A DNA stretch of 64,000 bases from Pristiophorus japonicus (lineage: Eukaryota). Numbering within the stretch: position 1 is the stretch's first letter; the number at the start of each line of letters is the position of its first letter. The translations under genes and the position numbers were made by a program. The stretch is taken from the NCBI RefSeq assembly GCF_044704955.1, contig NC_091999.1, forward strand, positions 50,344,001 through 50,408,000. Reading direction: 5' to 3'. Below, one piece after another: positions 24,506 through 35,469 of the stretch. The notes beneath the pieces are model-generated. The model was not told the DNA's origin and did not search any database. It was given only the letters and a program-made list of their open reading frames with translations.

Positions 24506-25695
24506 AACGGGTTGCGTCAGAGCAGTAATCCAGCTGTGAACCGAAGTCGACAGAAACATTGATCGACAGAGACAAACCGATAAACAGGGATAGGCAGACA
24601 GCGAGAGAGAGACAACGAGAGACAGAAAGGGTGAGACTGAAAAGTCAGTCAGAGACAGCGAGAAAAAGACTCAAACACCTAAATATACACAGATGCGTGT
24701 GTGTGATCTATAAAAAGAGAGAGGGAAAGAGTGAGAGAAAGACAGTGATAAGGTGAGAGACAGATAGAGAGAGAGCGACAGATAGAGAGAGAGACAAAGA
24801 TATAAACAGAAAATGATGGAAATACGCAGCAGGTTAGAGACAGGAACTACCAGCGACAGGCAAAGAGAGACAGACAGGCAGAAACATAGACAGACAGAGA
24901 TGATGGGAAAGAGTGAGACAGTCAGACAGAGAGATTGAGAGAATCCCATTCGAACAGAACTGGACACGGTGAGAAAGAGACAGACACATTGAGAACCAGA
25001 GACAAACAGGGAAACAGGGAGAGACAGACAGTGAGATAGAGACAAAGAGAGACATAAACATTGAGTGTGAAAGCTGGACCAGACTGAATGAGAAAAAGAC
25101 TCAAACACATACATACACAGAGATGCATTTGCGTGCTCCATAAAGAGAGGGAGGCAAATAGCGATGAAATGACAGAGAAAAGGACAGGGACAAAGAGAGA
25201 GACAAAGAGGGAGACATATAGAGAGAAAGACAGATAGAGAGAGAGTGAGATAATCAGAGACAAAAACAGAAAATAATGGAAATACTTATCAGGTTAGAGT
25301 CAGGGACTAACAGAGGCAGGCAAAGACATGGACAGAAAGAGATAATGGGACAGAGAGAGACAGTCAGACAGAGAGTCTGAGAGAATCCCATTGCAACAGA
25401 ACTAGACACCGTGAGAAAGAGACAGATTGAGAGACAGAGACAAACAGAGAAACAGGGACAGACAGAGTGTGTCAGAGAGAGGCAGACTGAGAGAGACAAA
25501 GACTCAAACACACAAACACAAACACAGCTCTCTAAAGAGAGAGAGCGGCAGAGACCGAGCGACACAGATACATTTCACAATTTCATTTTATTATAGGCTC
25601 AGAGTGTCATATCGTTACAGAAAATTGGAGATTCAGCATTTGAGAATCGTGTATCACTGAGCAGGATGGGAAAAATCTACTTTTAATTAAGGAAT

Positions 25696-25778
25696 TACCA
25701 GGATTGGTGTTCAAACCCACGCCGGTATAAACCCATTAGATCTTAAGTTCAACGCATTTACCACTCGGCCATCCTGTT
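25696..25778 (-). pseudogene. tRNA-Leu(TAA) pseudogene, copy 5
   Basis: AACAGGATGGCCGAGTGGTAAATGCGTTGAACTTAAGATCTAATGGG...; B box mutated (GGTTTGAAC). Confidence 0.85.
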
Positions 25779-27538
25779 CCTGATCCTGTCAGAGCTTGGA
25801 CTCTGCCTGTGAGAATCTGAGCTTCAGCTCCACGCCCACAGCGACACACAGACACATAGGATTTCAGGGAGCATTTACGAACATTTTTCGTTATATTGAC
25901 ACGGGCGCAACTCTCCTATTCTTTTTCGACTAAGACTCTGGGAACTTTCACATCCACCCGAGGGTGCAGATGGAGCTTCAATTTAAAACTTCAGCCGATG
26001 GTCAACAGCTTCAACAATGCAACATTTCCCAAGTAATGCATTTGAGTGTCAGCCAAGATGATGTGTTCAAGTCTCAGAAGTGGGACTTACACACACAACC
26101 TCCTGATTCAGTCGAGAATGGAGCCACTGAACCAAAACCGATATCAGAGATCACAACCGTATTATTTTCCGCAAGTTTTTTAAAAAGTTCCACGACGTAC
26201 CAAATTCATCGTGATGATTTCCACAAAGAGTTGCACGTACACAGAGACATACATACAGATAGGCATACACACACAATAACCAAAGATGTACACGCATCAA
26301 CATAGAAATATAGAAATCAGGTGCAGGTATATGCCATTTGGCCCTTCGAGCCTGCACCACCATTCAATAAGATCATGGCTCATCGTTCAACCTCAGCACC
26401 CCATTCCTGCTTTCTCTCCATACCCCTTGATCTCTTTAGCCATAAGGGCCCTTTTGAATATATCTAATGAACTGGCCTCAACGTCATTCTGCGGTAGAAA
26501 ATTTCACAGGTTAACCACGCTCTGAATGAAGAAGTTTCTCCTCATCTCGGTCCTAAATTGCTTGCACCTTATTCTTAGACTGTGATCCTTTGTCTCGAAC
26601 ACCCCAGCAACGAGAACATTCTTCCAGCCTCGAAGCTGTCCAATCTCGTCAGAATTTTATATGTTTCTATGAGATCCCCTCTCATTCTTCTAAACTCCAG
26701 TGGATACCAGCCCAGTTGATCCAGTCTCTCCTCATATGTCAGTCCTGCCATTCCAGGAATCATGCTGGTGAACCTTCGCTGTGTTCCCTCAATAGCAAGA
26801 ACGTCCTTCCTCAGATTTGGAGACCAAAACTGAACACAATATTTAAGGTGTGGCCTCACCAAGTTGTACAATTGTAGGAAGACCTCCCTGCTCCTATACT
26901 CAAATCCCCTCGCTATGAAGGCGAACATGCCATTTGCCTTCTTTACCGCCTTCTGCACCTGCATACCAACAATCAATGACTGATGTACCATGACACCCAG
27001 ATCAAGATATACATAGGTTGCCTTAGACAAATAGATGGATAGGCAGGCAGGGTCACTGTCGCTACTTTGGCTGGCTTTTGCGTTTTTCAGTCGAGGATGC
27101 TGCCACTGAACCAAAGCCGATAACAAAGTTCACAACAGTATTATTTTCCCCAAGTCTTTTTTAAAAGTTCCAGAACATACCAAATTCATGGTGATGATTT
27201 CCACAGACAGTTGCACATACACAGGGACATAGATACAGATAGACAGACACAGCGACACACACGCACAAATAACCAAAAATATACATGCACCAACGGACAT
27301 GCACAGATGCCTTATACATATAGAGGGATAGACAGGCTGAATCACTTTCGCTACTTTGGCTGATTTTTGCGTTTTTATATCTGTATGCATCCTGAATATT
27401 GCAGATATTGAGATATTGCCTAAAAAATGAGAAATAGATTTCAGTGTTGAAAGGTGTGGGACGTTCTTCCGCCGATCTCAGGATCAGTTTTGCAAAAACC
27501 TTTATAAATTGTAAAATGGAATGAAAAATGCTGAGAAT

Positions 27539-27608
27539 CAGAGCCGGCAGGATTCGTTCCTGCGCGGGGTAAACCCAAACATCGCGTTAACCACTCGGCG
27601 ACAACTAC
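27539..27608 (-). pseudogene. tRNA-Ser pseudogene with deleted anticodon arm
   Basis: GTAGTTGTCGCCGAGTGGTTAACGCGATG is joined directly to TTTGGGTTTACCCCGCGCAGG; about 12 nt are missing. Confidence 0.8.
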
Positions 27609-27827
27609 TGCGTCTCTGGCACTTTAAATGTTATTCAGAAAAAAGTCAGTCATCCATCTCTGTGCAGCAGACGGCCACAGATTCCTGAAAAAGTCTCCGT
27701 TTGCAAAAAATCTGGAAGAGTCAATCTCCTCTTGCTGTATCTTTACTGTTCTATATTGCTCTGAAACTTTTTAATATGAATCGATACCAAGAAACAGAAG
27801 TAAAATTCGACATTTTGAAAAAGCTGC

Positions 27828-27899
27828 TTGTTTATTGGGGAATTGAACCCGGTTCTCCCACGTAACAGGCAGGGATACGCACCACTATGCGGATGAGAA
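27828..27899 (-). pseudogene. tRNA-Asp-derived pseudogene, copy 5 (GTT)
   Basis: TAGTGGTGCGTATCCCTGCCTGTTACGTGGGAGAACCGGGTTCAATTCCCC; acceptor stem broken. Confidence 0.8.
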
Positions 27900-28608
27900 T
27901 ACGGATTGTGGTAAAGCAGTTATCGAGCTGTGAAAATAAGTCGACAGACACATTGAGAGACAGAGACAAATTGACAAACAGGGAGAGACAGACAGCGAGA
28001 TAGAGACAACGAGAGACAGAAAGTGTGAGACTGAGCAGGAGAGGCAGACTGAGTGAGAAAAAGACTCAAACATATACATATACAGAGATGTGTGTGTGTG
28101 ATCTATTAAGAGAGAGAGGGAAAGAGTGAGAGAAAGACAGTGATAAACACAGTGACAAGGAAAGAGACAGATAGAGAGAGAGCGATAGAGACTAAAATAG
28201 AAAATGATGGAAATACTTCTCAGCTTACAGGCAGGGACTAACAGAGACAGGCAAAGACATGGACAGAGCGAAATGATGGGAAAGAGAGAGCCAGTCAGGC
28301 AAAGAGTCTGAGAGAATCCCATTGGAACAGACGTGGCACCATGAGAAAGAGACAGATTGAGAGACAGAGACAAACAGAGAAACAGGGACAGACAGAGTGA
28401 GTCAGACTGAGAGAGACAAAGACACAAACATACAAAACTCTCTGAAGAGAGAGAGAGAGGCAGAGACCGAACGACACAGATACATTTCACAATTTCATTT
28501 CATTATCGGTTCAGAGTGTCACATTGTTACAGCAAATTGCTGATTCAACCGATGAAAATCCGGTCTCACTGATCAGAATGGGAGGAAATCCGTGTAAAAT
28601 TAAAGAGA

Positions 28609-28689
28609 TACCAGGAGTGGGGTACGAACCCACGCGGGAAAAACCATTGAATTTTAAGGCCAACGCCTCACCCACTCGGCTATCCTGGT
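28609..28689 (-). pseudogene. tRNA-Leu(TAA) pseudogene, copy 6
   Basis: Acceptor stem ACCAGGA/TCCTGGT is intact. Anticodon stem TTGGC/TTCAA is mismatched; T-loop TTCGTAC. Confidence 0.85.
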
Positions 28690-29532
28690 CCCGTGAGAAC
28701 CTGGATTCTGTCTCAGTGAGAATCTGGGCTTCAACCCCAACCCCACATAAAAACACATACACATCGTCTTTCAGTGAGCATTTACGAACATTTTTAGTAA
28801 TATTGAAACGGGGGCAATATCCAGATATTTTTGTTTTTGTATCCCCTCAAAACAATACTATTTAGATGATACTGCCTCTCCATGTTCCACCCAAAGTACA
28901 CCGCTTCTCAATTATCCGCATTAAATTGCACTGCCATGTCCCGGCCCATTTCACTCGTCTCTCTGATTCCTCTTCAAGTCTGTTACTATCATGCTCACTA
29001 TTGGCTACGTTGCCAGGTTTTGCTTCATCTTCGAACTTCGAGATGGAATCCCTATAACCAAGTCCAGGTCATTGTTATATAACAAGAACAACAATGGGAA
29101 TTGAAATGGACCGTTTTAAGGAGAAACTTCCAATTAACCGGATTTTGGAATGGTATTTGATTCGGATTATTTATTGAGTGGGAGGAAGGAGGAAACTCAA
29201 GAGACGTCCATTCAATAGGATGGAATAGAGCCCAGCTCATAGTGCGCTGAGTAGGGAGAAACTGCTTCCGCTGTTTGGCGATGGACTACTCCCCCAAAAT
29301 TACCAGCTTTTCCTGGAAGAAAGATAAAATCACCAGCCTTTCGTGGAAGAAAGATAAAGAGCCGGTTAACCATCACCGAGTCAGAGGTGTGCAGCAGCAC
29401 TATCTACTGCGAGGTTTGACGTGGTGTGTCGGTCTGGGCCATCGCAATGCCAGGTTAGTGATGTTGGATACAGGGCAAACTGTGATAAGATGAGAAGGTA
29501 TGTTCAACTTGTACAGAAATTTGGTTAGACGA

Positions 29533-29945
29533 CACTTAGAGTGCTGTGTACAGTTCTGGTCTCCATATTACACTTAGAATGCTGTGTACAGTTCTGTTCT
29601 CCATATCACACTTAGAGTACTGTGGATAGTTCTGGTCTCCCTATCGCACTTAAAATACTGTGCACCGTTCTGGTCTCCCATATCATAATTAAAATACTGT
29701 GTATAGTTCTGGTCCCCTATCATACTTAGAATATTATGCACAGTTCTGGTTTCCATATCACATGTAGAATACTGTCCACAGTTCAGGTCTCCATATCATA
29801 CCAAGAATATTGTTTACAGTTCTGGTCTCCTAATCACTCTTGGAATACTGTGTAACGTTCTGGTCTCCAGATCATACTAAGAATATTATGCACAGTTCCG
29901 ATCTGCAGATTACACTGAGAAGACTGTGCACAGTTCTGCTCTCTG
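29533..29945 (+). repeat. 38-bp minisatellite (about 11 copies) derived from the CR1 ORF2 HLEYCVQFWSPY segment
   Basis: Unit consensus CACTTAGAATACTGTGTACAGTTCTGGTCTCCATATCA, preceded by CR1 sequence TTGTACAGAAATTTGGTTAGACGA. Confidence 0.92.
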
Positions 29946-30062
29946 TAAATGCCAGGTTAGTGTTAGTCTGACAGCGAGGAACCTGTTAAAATATAAGGAC
30001 ACTTTGCATTTCTTAATGATTGATTTTGCAAGCAATGTCAATAATTTGTCTTCTCTTTGAAG

Positions 30063-30380
30063 ATCCTGAACGCGACATCATTCCTCCAACTGTTCTCCTC
30101 ACGCTGAGTTCTACTGAACAAATCACCAGCAGCAGATATGCAAGCGCCGTGTGTTCAATCATCGAATTCCGGCCAAAGTCACTGACCGTGAATTGGCTGG
30201 AGAGTGGACAACTCCTGGATTCGGGCTCCGTCACCTCTCCCGTGTTTGAGGTGAACGGGAACTTCTCGGCGGCCAGTCGGCTGACAGTCCCCACCGAGGA
30301 ATGGTTCACCGGCTCGGTCTACACCTGCCAGGTCACTCATGAAGTGGTCACGCAAAGCCGTAACTTCACCAGATCTCAGG
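30063..30380 (+). pseudogene. IGHM: IgM heavy-chain constant exon Cmu2 (open frame, within a truncated locus)
   Basis: [45 protein letters not shown]...[26 protein letters not shown]: C1-set Ig with both Cys and the Trp. Acceptor TTTGAAG, donor G/GTAAGA, phase 1-1. Confidence 0.92.
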
Positions 30381-30524
30381 GTAAGAGGCACAATCCCGGG
30401 AGGTTACAGACCATTCTGAGCGCTGATCTCAGTCAGGACTTTTATTGAAATTAGTAAAAAGCACTGAACTATTCCTTATTTCCAATCATGCAGTTTGTAT
30501 ATTCTTGTGATTACAAACTTGCCT

Positions 30525-30945
30525 TGAAACAGCGCCTTCAGCGACCTTAGTCTGAACCAAATCGCTTGCCAGCCAATGAATTAAGTGCTGAAATGTGGTC
30601 ACAGTTGTAATGTACAACGTGCAGCAATCATTTAGTGCACAGCAATCTCCCACAAACAGCAGTGTGATAATGACCAGATTATATTTTGCTTCGTGGTGTT
30701 TTTTGAGCTATAAATATTCCCAGGCCACTAAGGAAAAGTCCTCGGCATTTCATTGAAATAGTTCCAGGGAATCATTTACGTCCACCTTAGAGGCCAGACG
30801 GATCCTCGGTTTAACACGTGATCCGAAAGACGGCACCTCCGATAGTGCACCACGCCCCCAGTACTGCACTGGGAGACTCAGCTTACATTTTGTGATCAAG
30901 TATCTGGAGTGAGACTTCAACCCACGATCTTCTGGTTCAGGATTC
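30525..30945 (-). mobile_element. Deu-SINE (SacSINE1-like) in the Cmu2-Cmu3 intron
   Basis: Minus strand: GGGTTGAAGTCTCACTCCAGATACTTGA...GTGCAGTACTG...GGAGGTGCCGTCTTTCGGAT, with an L2-like tail. Confidence 0.82.
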
Positions 30946-31139
30946 CTCATTGTTCAGGATTTAATAAACTCGCCAACGAAGCTTTCCCCCTGCTCTGATT
31001 TCAGGCAGTGAGTGACGTGCCCTAATACTCAGGTTTATCCTGAGTTGGCTGATCATATACGGAGCGGCAGTCAGAGTTTGGAACCCTTTACTGCTAGCTG
31101 TCCAGGAACCCACTGTTGGAATGGGCATCTACCCTATTC

Positions 31140-31635
31140 AGAGCACTGAGTCCAATTCTGGGCTCCGCACCTCAGGAAGGACATACAGGTCATGGAGGGG
31201 GTAAAGTGCAGGTTTATCCGAATGATACCGGAGCTAATAAAATAAAATGATGAGGAGACGAATAGAGAATATTAAGAGGTGATACAATTGAGGTGTTCAA
31301 GTAGATAAATACAATTGATCAAGTAGCTATAGAACAATTATTTCCTTTCATGGAAAAGTCCAGAACAAATAGCAGAATCTTAAAATTAGAGCGAGATCGT
31401 GCGGAAATGATGTCAGGAAGGATTTCTTCACAGGAAGTCTGGATTTCCCTCCCCAAAAGCTGCTGAAGCTTGGTTTCAATTGAAAACTGAGATTGATAGA
31501 TTTTTGTTCGGCAAGATTATCAAGGGTTACAGAACTAAGGCGTGAATATGGTGTTGAGTGTAGATCAGCCCTGATCTAACTGGATTGCGGGACAGGATGG
31601 ATGGGCTGAATGGCCTCCTCCTGTTCCTATGTTGC
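31140..31635 (+). mobile_element. Old CR1 3' fragment
   Basis: CAATTCTGGGCTCCGCACCTCAGGAAGGAC...GGGCTGAATGGCCTCCTCCTGTTCCTATGTT. Confidence 0.8.
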
Positions 31636-32341
31636 TATTAATGCCCTGAGATCATATTTAACTCTGCCTCTCTCTCAGCAGACATGCTAAATGTTCAGTA
31701 ATGACAGAAATTAACAAACTACGTCACATCATTACAATTGATGCCCCACCACAAAAGACCCTTTGGAACTCCATTCTCCCGACCTTGAACTTCTCCTCTG
31801 ACGGGGGCTGTGACTGGTTCCTGCATATTTTCACCGCAATAAAGATCACAGCAAGTGACCAGAAACATAACATTGTTTTCTGTTGTCCCATAAATCCTGA
31901 AATTAATTTGACACTTGTTTTGAACCAGAGTAATGCTGGTGTAGACCTCTTGACCTTCGGGCAATTTGGGTTTCACTATTATAACCAGCGGAGATGCGTT
32001 TGGATGCAAGGATCTACAGATGGGTGTAAAGGAGCAAGGGATTTCAGGATGAGCGCTATTCAGTGCCTAACACAATAGCACCACAATGTATTCCCGTTTT
32101 ACGCCGGTTATTTGCTTCACAGCCCATTACAGGTGGCTCTGGCTTCAAATACACAGGAAATGTTACAGATCTCCCGGAATCGTTGCCAATACATTGTCCT
32201 TCGATTAACGCCGGTGTTAAAGCAACAGCAAGAGGTTGATATCTCAAAAGTGATTTATCCCCCTTGAACGAGTTAAGGCTAAAAATTGGTGTCCGGATTC
32301 TGAAGATGCAGCTTTTCCTGACTTTCATTCCTGTTTTGCAG

Positions 32342-32648
32342 TGGATGTCCCATGCAGCGATTCAAAAATCACTCTTCGCCCACAGTCACTGGCACAGGAA
32401 TTACTGCAGCGACGGTGACCTTAACCTGCGTCGTATCTGATGCTCCTTATGGGCTCACCGTGTCCTGGACCTGAGAAAAGGAGGCTTTGAAATCAGAGAT
32501 TGCCGTCTAACACGGAGAGGATCCCAGCAGCGTAATCAGCAACTTAAACATCTCGACACAAGACTGGCTGAGTGGGGATAAGTTATACTGGATGGTGAGC
32601 CATAGGATATACCGACTCCTATCAGAGATTCCATCCACAAGGAAAAGG
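32342..32648 (+). pseudogene. IGHM: IgM Cmu3 exon, inactivated
   Basis: VDVPCSDSKITL...[32 protein letters not shown]...LNISTQDWLSG...PTPIRDSIHKEK. Two frameshifts, two stops, second Cys changed to Trp. AG/GT sites present. Confidence 0.92.
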
Positions 32649-33522
32649 GTTAGCGGGGAGATTGTTGCAATAAGTCAGATACTGTGACTATTTCTGCTGC
32701 ATGTGCAAGGGCCAATTCATTATTTAGAGTGTTTAATGGGCTACTCTGATCATTCAGTTTGGTAATTCCACGAACTCAGCACACTGGGACCTGATGTTAT
32801 GTATTTTAGGGGAAACTGGATAAGTCCATGAGCGAGAAAGGAATAGAAGGGTATGTTATTAGGATGAGATTAAGTGAGCTAGGAGGAGGCATGTGTGGAA
32901 CATACACACCAGCATAGACCAGTTGGCCAAATCTGTGCAGTAAATTCAAGTCCAACCCTTCAAGATTTCAGAGAGAAAGATTAAGTTCACTCTGCTGCGG
33001 GATGGTAAACCAGAGAGGCCCCAGAGGGGAAATAATAAAGCGTTAAATGTCAACGAAGAGCATATTTCTCTGGCGTATAACTACGGGACTTTGGCGAATT
33101 TAAACAGAGAAGGCGATTTGGTGGTGGTGGTCTCACAGGCCACCCGGGAGCAGAGGAGGATTGGAATCCGAGGGAGGAGCTCTCGGATCGCGGGGTGTGG
33201 GTTAGGCAGGGACCCTGGATCCAGGAGGGAGGTGTAAGGGCAATAACCACCTGGGTGCAGCCGTCCCCGCATCGCTGTAACTGCTGCGATTTACACAGTG
33301 TGTCAAGCCGGACAAGCTACAGTTAAAAACCGAATGGAGGTTAAAATAGAGGATGCCAGCGTCCTATAAATATATTATTCGGTCGGGTTGATGTCGGGAT
33401 GCCGATTTTTACCCATTTAATCACCCCCACACCCTCAATACGCCTGCTTTATTAGATTAAAACTCCCACCATTGTCTCTGGAACTGCCCAGTTCATTGGC
33501 CTTTATTGTAACTGTTCTACAG

Positions 33523-33913
33523 CGAAAGATCCACGGGAACCAGCCGTGTCTGTCCTCCTGCCCTCGGCAGAAGAAGTCTCTGCTCAGAGGTTGGTCAGCC
33601 GCACCTGCTTAGTGAGAGGTTTCTCCCCCCGAGAGATCTTCGTCAAATGGACCGTCAAGGACAACCCGGTGGTTCCGACAACTACAAGAACACCGAGGTG
33701 ATGGCGGAGAACGGCAGCTGATCATTCTTCATGTACAGCCTGCTATCCATTGCAGCCGAGGAGTGGGCCCGCGGCGCCTCTTACTCCTGTGTGGTGGGAC
33801 ATGGAGCGATTTCCTTGAAAACCACCAACAGAACCATCAATAAATCCAGAGGTAAACCCTGTTTTGTGAATATTTCCCTTGTTCTGATGGACAACATCAA
33901 TTCTTATCAATGA
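33523..33913 (+). pseudogene. IGHM: IgM Cmu4 exon plus secretory tailpiece, inactivated
   Basis: [22 protein letters not shown]...[15 protein letters not shown], frameshift, [40 protein letters not shown]...[20 protein letters not shown]. Internal membrane donor G/GTAAAC at 33851; AATAAA at about 33952. Confidence 0.95.
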
Positions 33914-34344
33914 GAATCTCTCGATTGCCTTTCAGTTCTTAAGTAAAAAACAATAAAGGCCTTTTCTTCCAATCGTGAGTTACACACACAGCCGCTCAAT
34001 TAATTTTGTTTCCTATTTTAGCCAAGGGGTGCGCTGTTAATCTGAAACAGAATATTTGTCGGACTTGTGGCCAAAGCTGGTACATTCAGCGCTCTCAGCT
34101 CATATGCACCACAGGTTGGAGAGAAAGAGAAGCTCTTTAATGACAGGATACCTCAAAGTCATTTCAGCAACTTTCGTCCCACTGGGAGAATCTGCATAGT
34201 TCTATTTCCCGATAAACAAATGCTGTACATTTATATCTCGGTGCCATTGTTTCTCGTGTTGTCCATCCCTTCAGATTTGGGGACAATTTATTTGGCAGCA
34301 TCGCACACTCTGGGATCTGAAATGAGGTCCACGCACGAACACGA

Positions 34345-35350
34345 ACTGAATCTCCCATCGCCCCACCAGAGAGAGGTGAAATGGAAATTGTTATCCCCCT
34401 GTACCTTCCACTACACCACCAGAGAGGTGAAAGCGCAATTCTGAACCAACTGTACCTCCCACTGCACCACCAGAGAGAGATGAAAGGGCAGTTATTCACC
34501 CACTGTAAGCCCATTGCCATACCAAAGAGTGGTGAAATGGCAATTCTGAACCCACTGTACCTCCCACTGCCCCACCAGAGTGAGGGGAAACGGCAATTGT
34601 TAATGCACTGTAACTTCACTCCGTCTCTGCAAGATTCTACAAGTTCCCTGGCAGGACAGACGCGCCAAAATTAGCGTCCTCGTGCAGGCCAACATCCCAG
34701 CATCGAAGCACTGACCACACTTGATCAGCTGCTCTGGGCAGGCCACATTGTCTGCATGCCAGACACGAGACTCCCAAAGCAAGCGCTCGACTCGGAACTC
34801 GCCCATGGCAAATGAGCCAAAGGTGGGCACGGGAAACGTTATAAGGGACCACAAAGCCTCCCTGATAAAGTGCGACATCCCCACTGACACTTGAGAGTCC
34901 CTGGCCAAAGACCGCCCTAAATGGAGGAAGTACATCCGGGAGGGCGCTGAGCCCCTCGTGTCTCGTCGCCGAGAGCATTCAGACATCAAGCGCAGGCAGT
35001 GGAAGGAACGTGCGGCAAACGTGTAAAATCTTCCCCTTCCCGCAACCACGGTCTTCCCCACCTGTGACAGAGACTGTGGTTCCCTATTGGACTGTACAGC
35101 CACGTAAGAAATCAGGCTAAGAGTGGAAGCAAGTCTTCCTTGATTGCGAGGGACTGCCTTTGATGATGTAAACCCTCTCCCCCACCAGAGAGAGGGGAAA
35201 GGGCAATTGTTAACTTACTGTCCCGCCCACAACCCCAGCATAGTGAGGGGAATCTGCAATTGTTAACCCAATGTATCCGACTTCCGCACAAGCGAGAGGG
35301 CAAAGGGCAATTGCTAAATCATTGTACCCCTCAATGTCACCAGAGAGAGA
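34345..35350 (+). repeat. About 52-bp minisatellite (about 8 copies), split by an RTE insertion
   Basis: Unit CTGAACCCACTGTACCTCCCACTGCCCCACCAGAGAGAGGTGAAAGGGCAATT occurs on both sides of 34618-35168. Confidence 0.8.
34618..35168 (+). mobile_element. RTE-clade LINE 3' fragment
   Basis: Encodes LCKILQVPWQDR...QL.WAGHIVCMPDTRLPKQAL.SEL; ends GGGACTGCCTTTGATGATG. Confidence 0.85.
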
Positions 35351-35469
35351 TGCCCATCGATTCATTTGTTGCATTCCGTCAGCTGATGTCACATTGTGTC
35401 TCACACTGAACACATTTACACAGAGCGAGGAAGAATGTGTGGAAACGTTAGTAGTGTATGTTTTTGTGG

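Larger units (their letters stand above)
10250..28825 (-). repeat. Degenerate tandem array of a 2.4-3.4 kb tRNA-gene unit (Leu-TAA, Deu-SINE, Ser-AGA, Asp, GA-rich spacer)
   Basis: Leu copies start at 10454, 16565, 18934, 22298, 25696 and 28609 with recurring flanks (e.g. CAGATACATTTCACAATTTCATTT, CCAAGAAACAGAAGTAAAATTCGACATTTTGAAAAAGC). The first unit is stretched by two CR1 insertions. Confidence 0.92.

Noticed and set aside
17623-28490. Long Ser/Leu/Cys-rich or Arg/Glu/Asp-rich ORFs (e.g. 17623-18231, 21362-21913, 27885-28490) as proteins
   Set aside because: They are translations of GA/CT-rich microsatellite spacers that lack stops by composition.
29533-29945. 38-bp repeats as a CRISPR array
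   Set aside because: Units are head-to-tail with no unique spacers, derive from CR1 ORF2, and the DNA is vertebrate.
30020-30448. 142-aa ORF as a standalone secreted Ig protein with a signal peptide
   Set aside because: The hydrophobic N-terminus is the translated polypyrimidine tract and the C-terminus is intron read-through; splice sites define the real exon.
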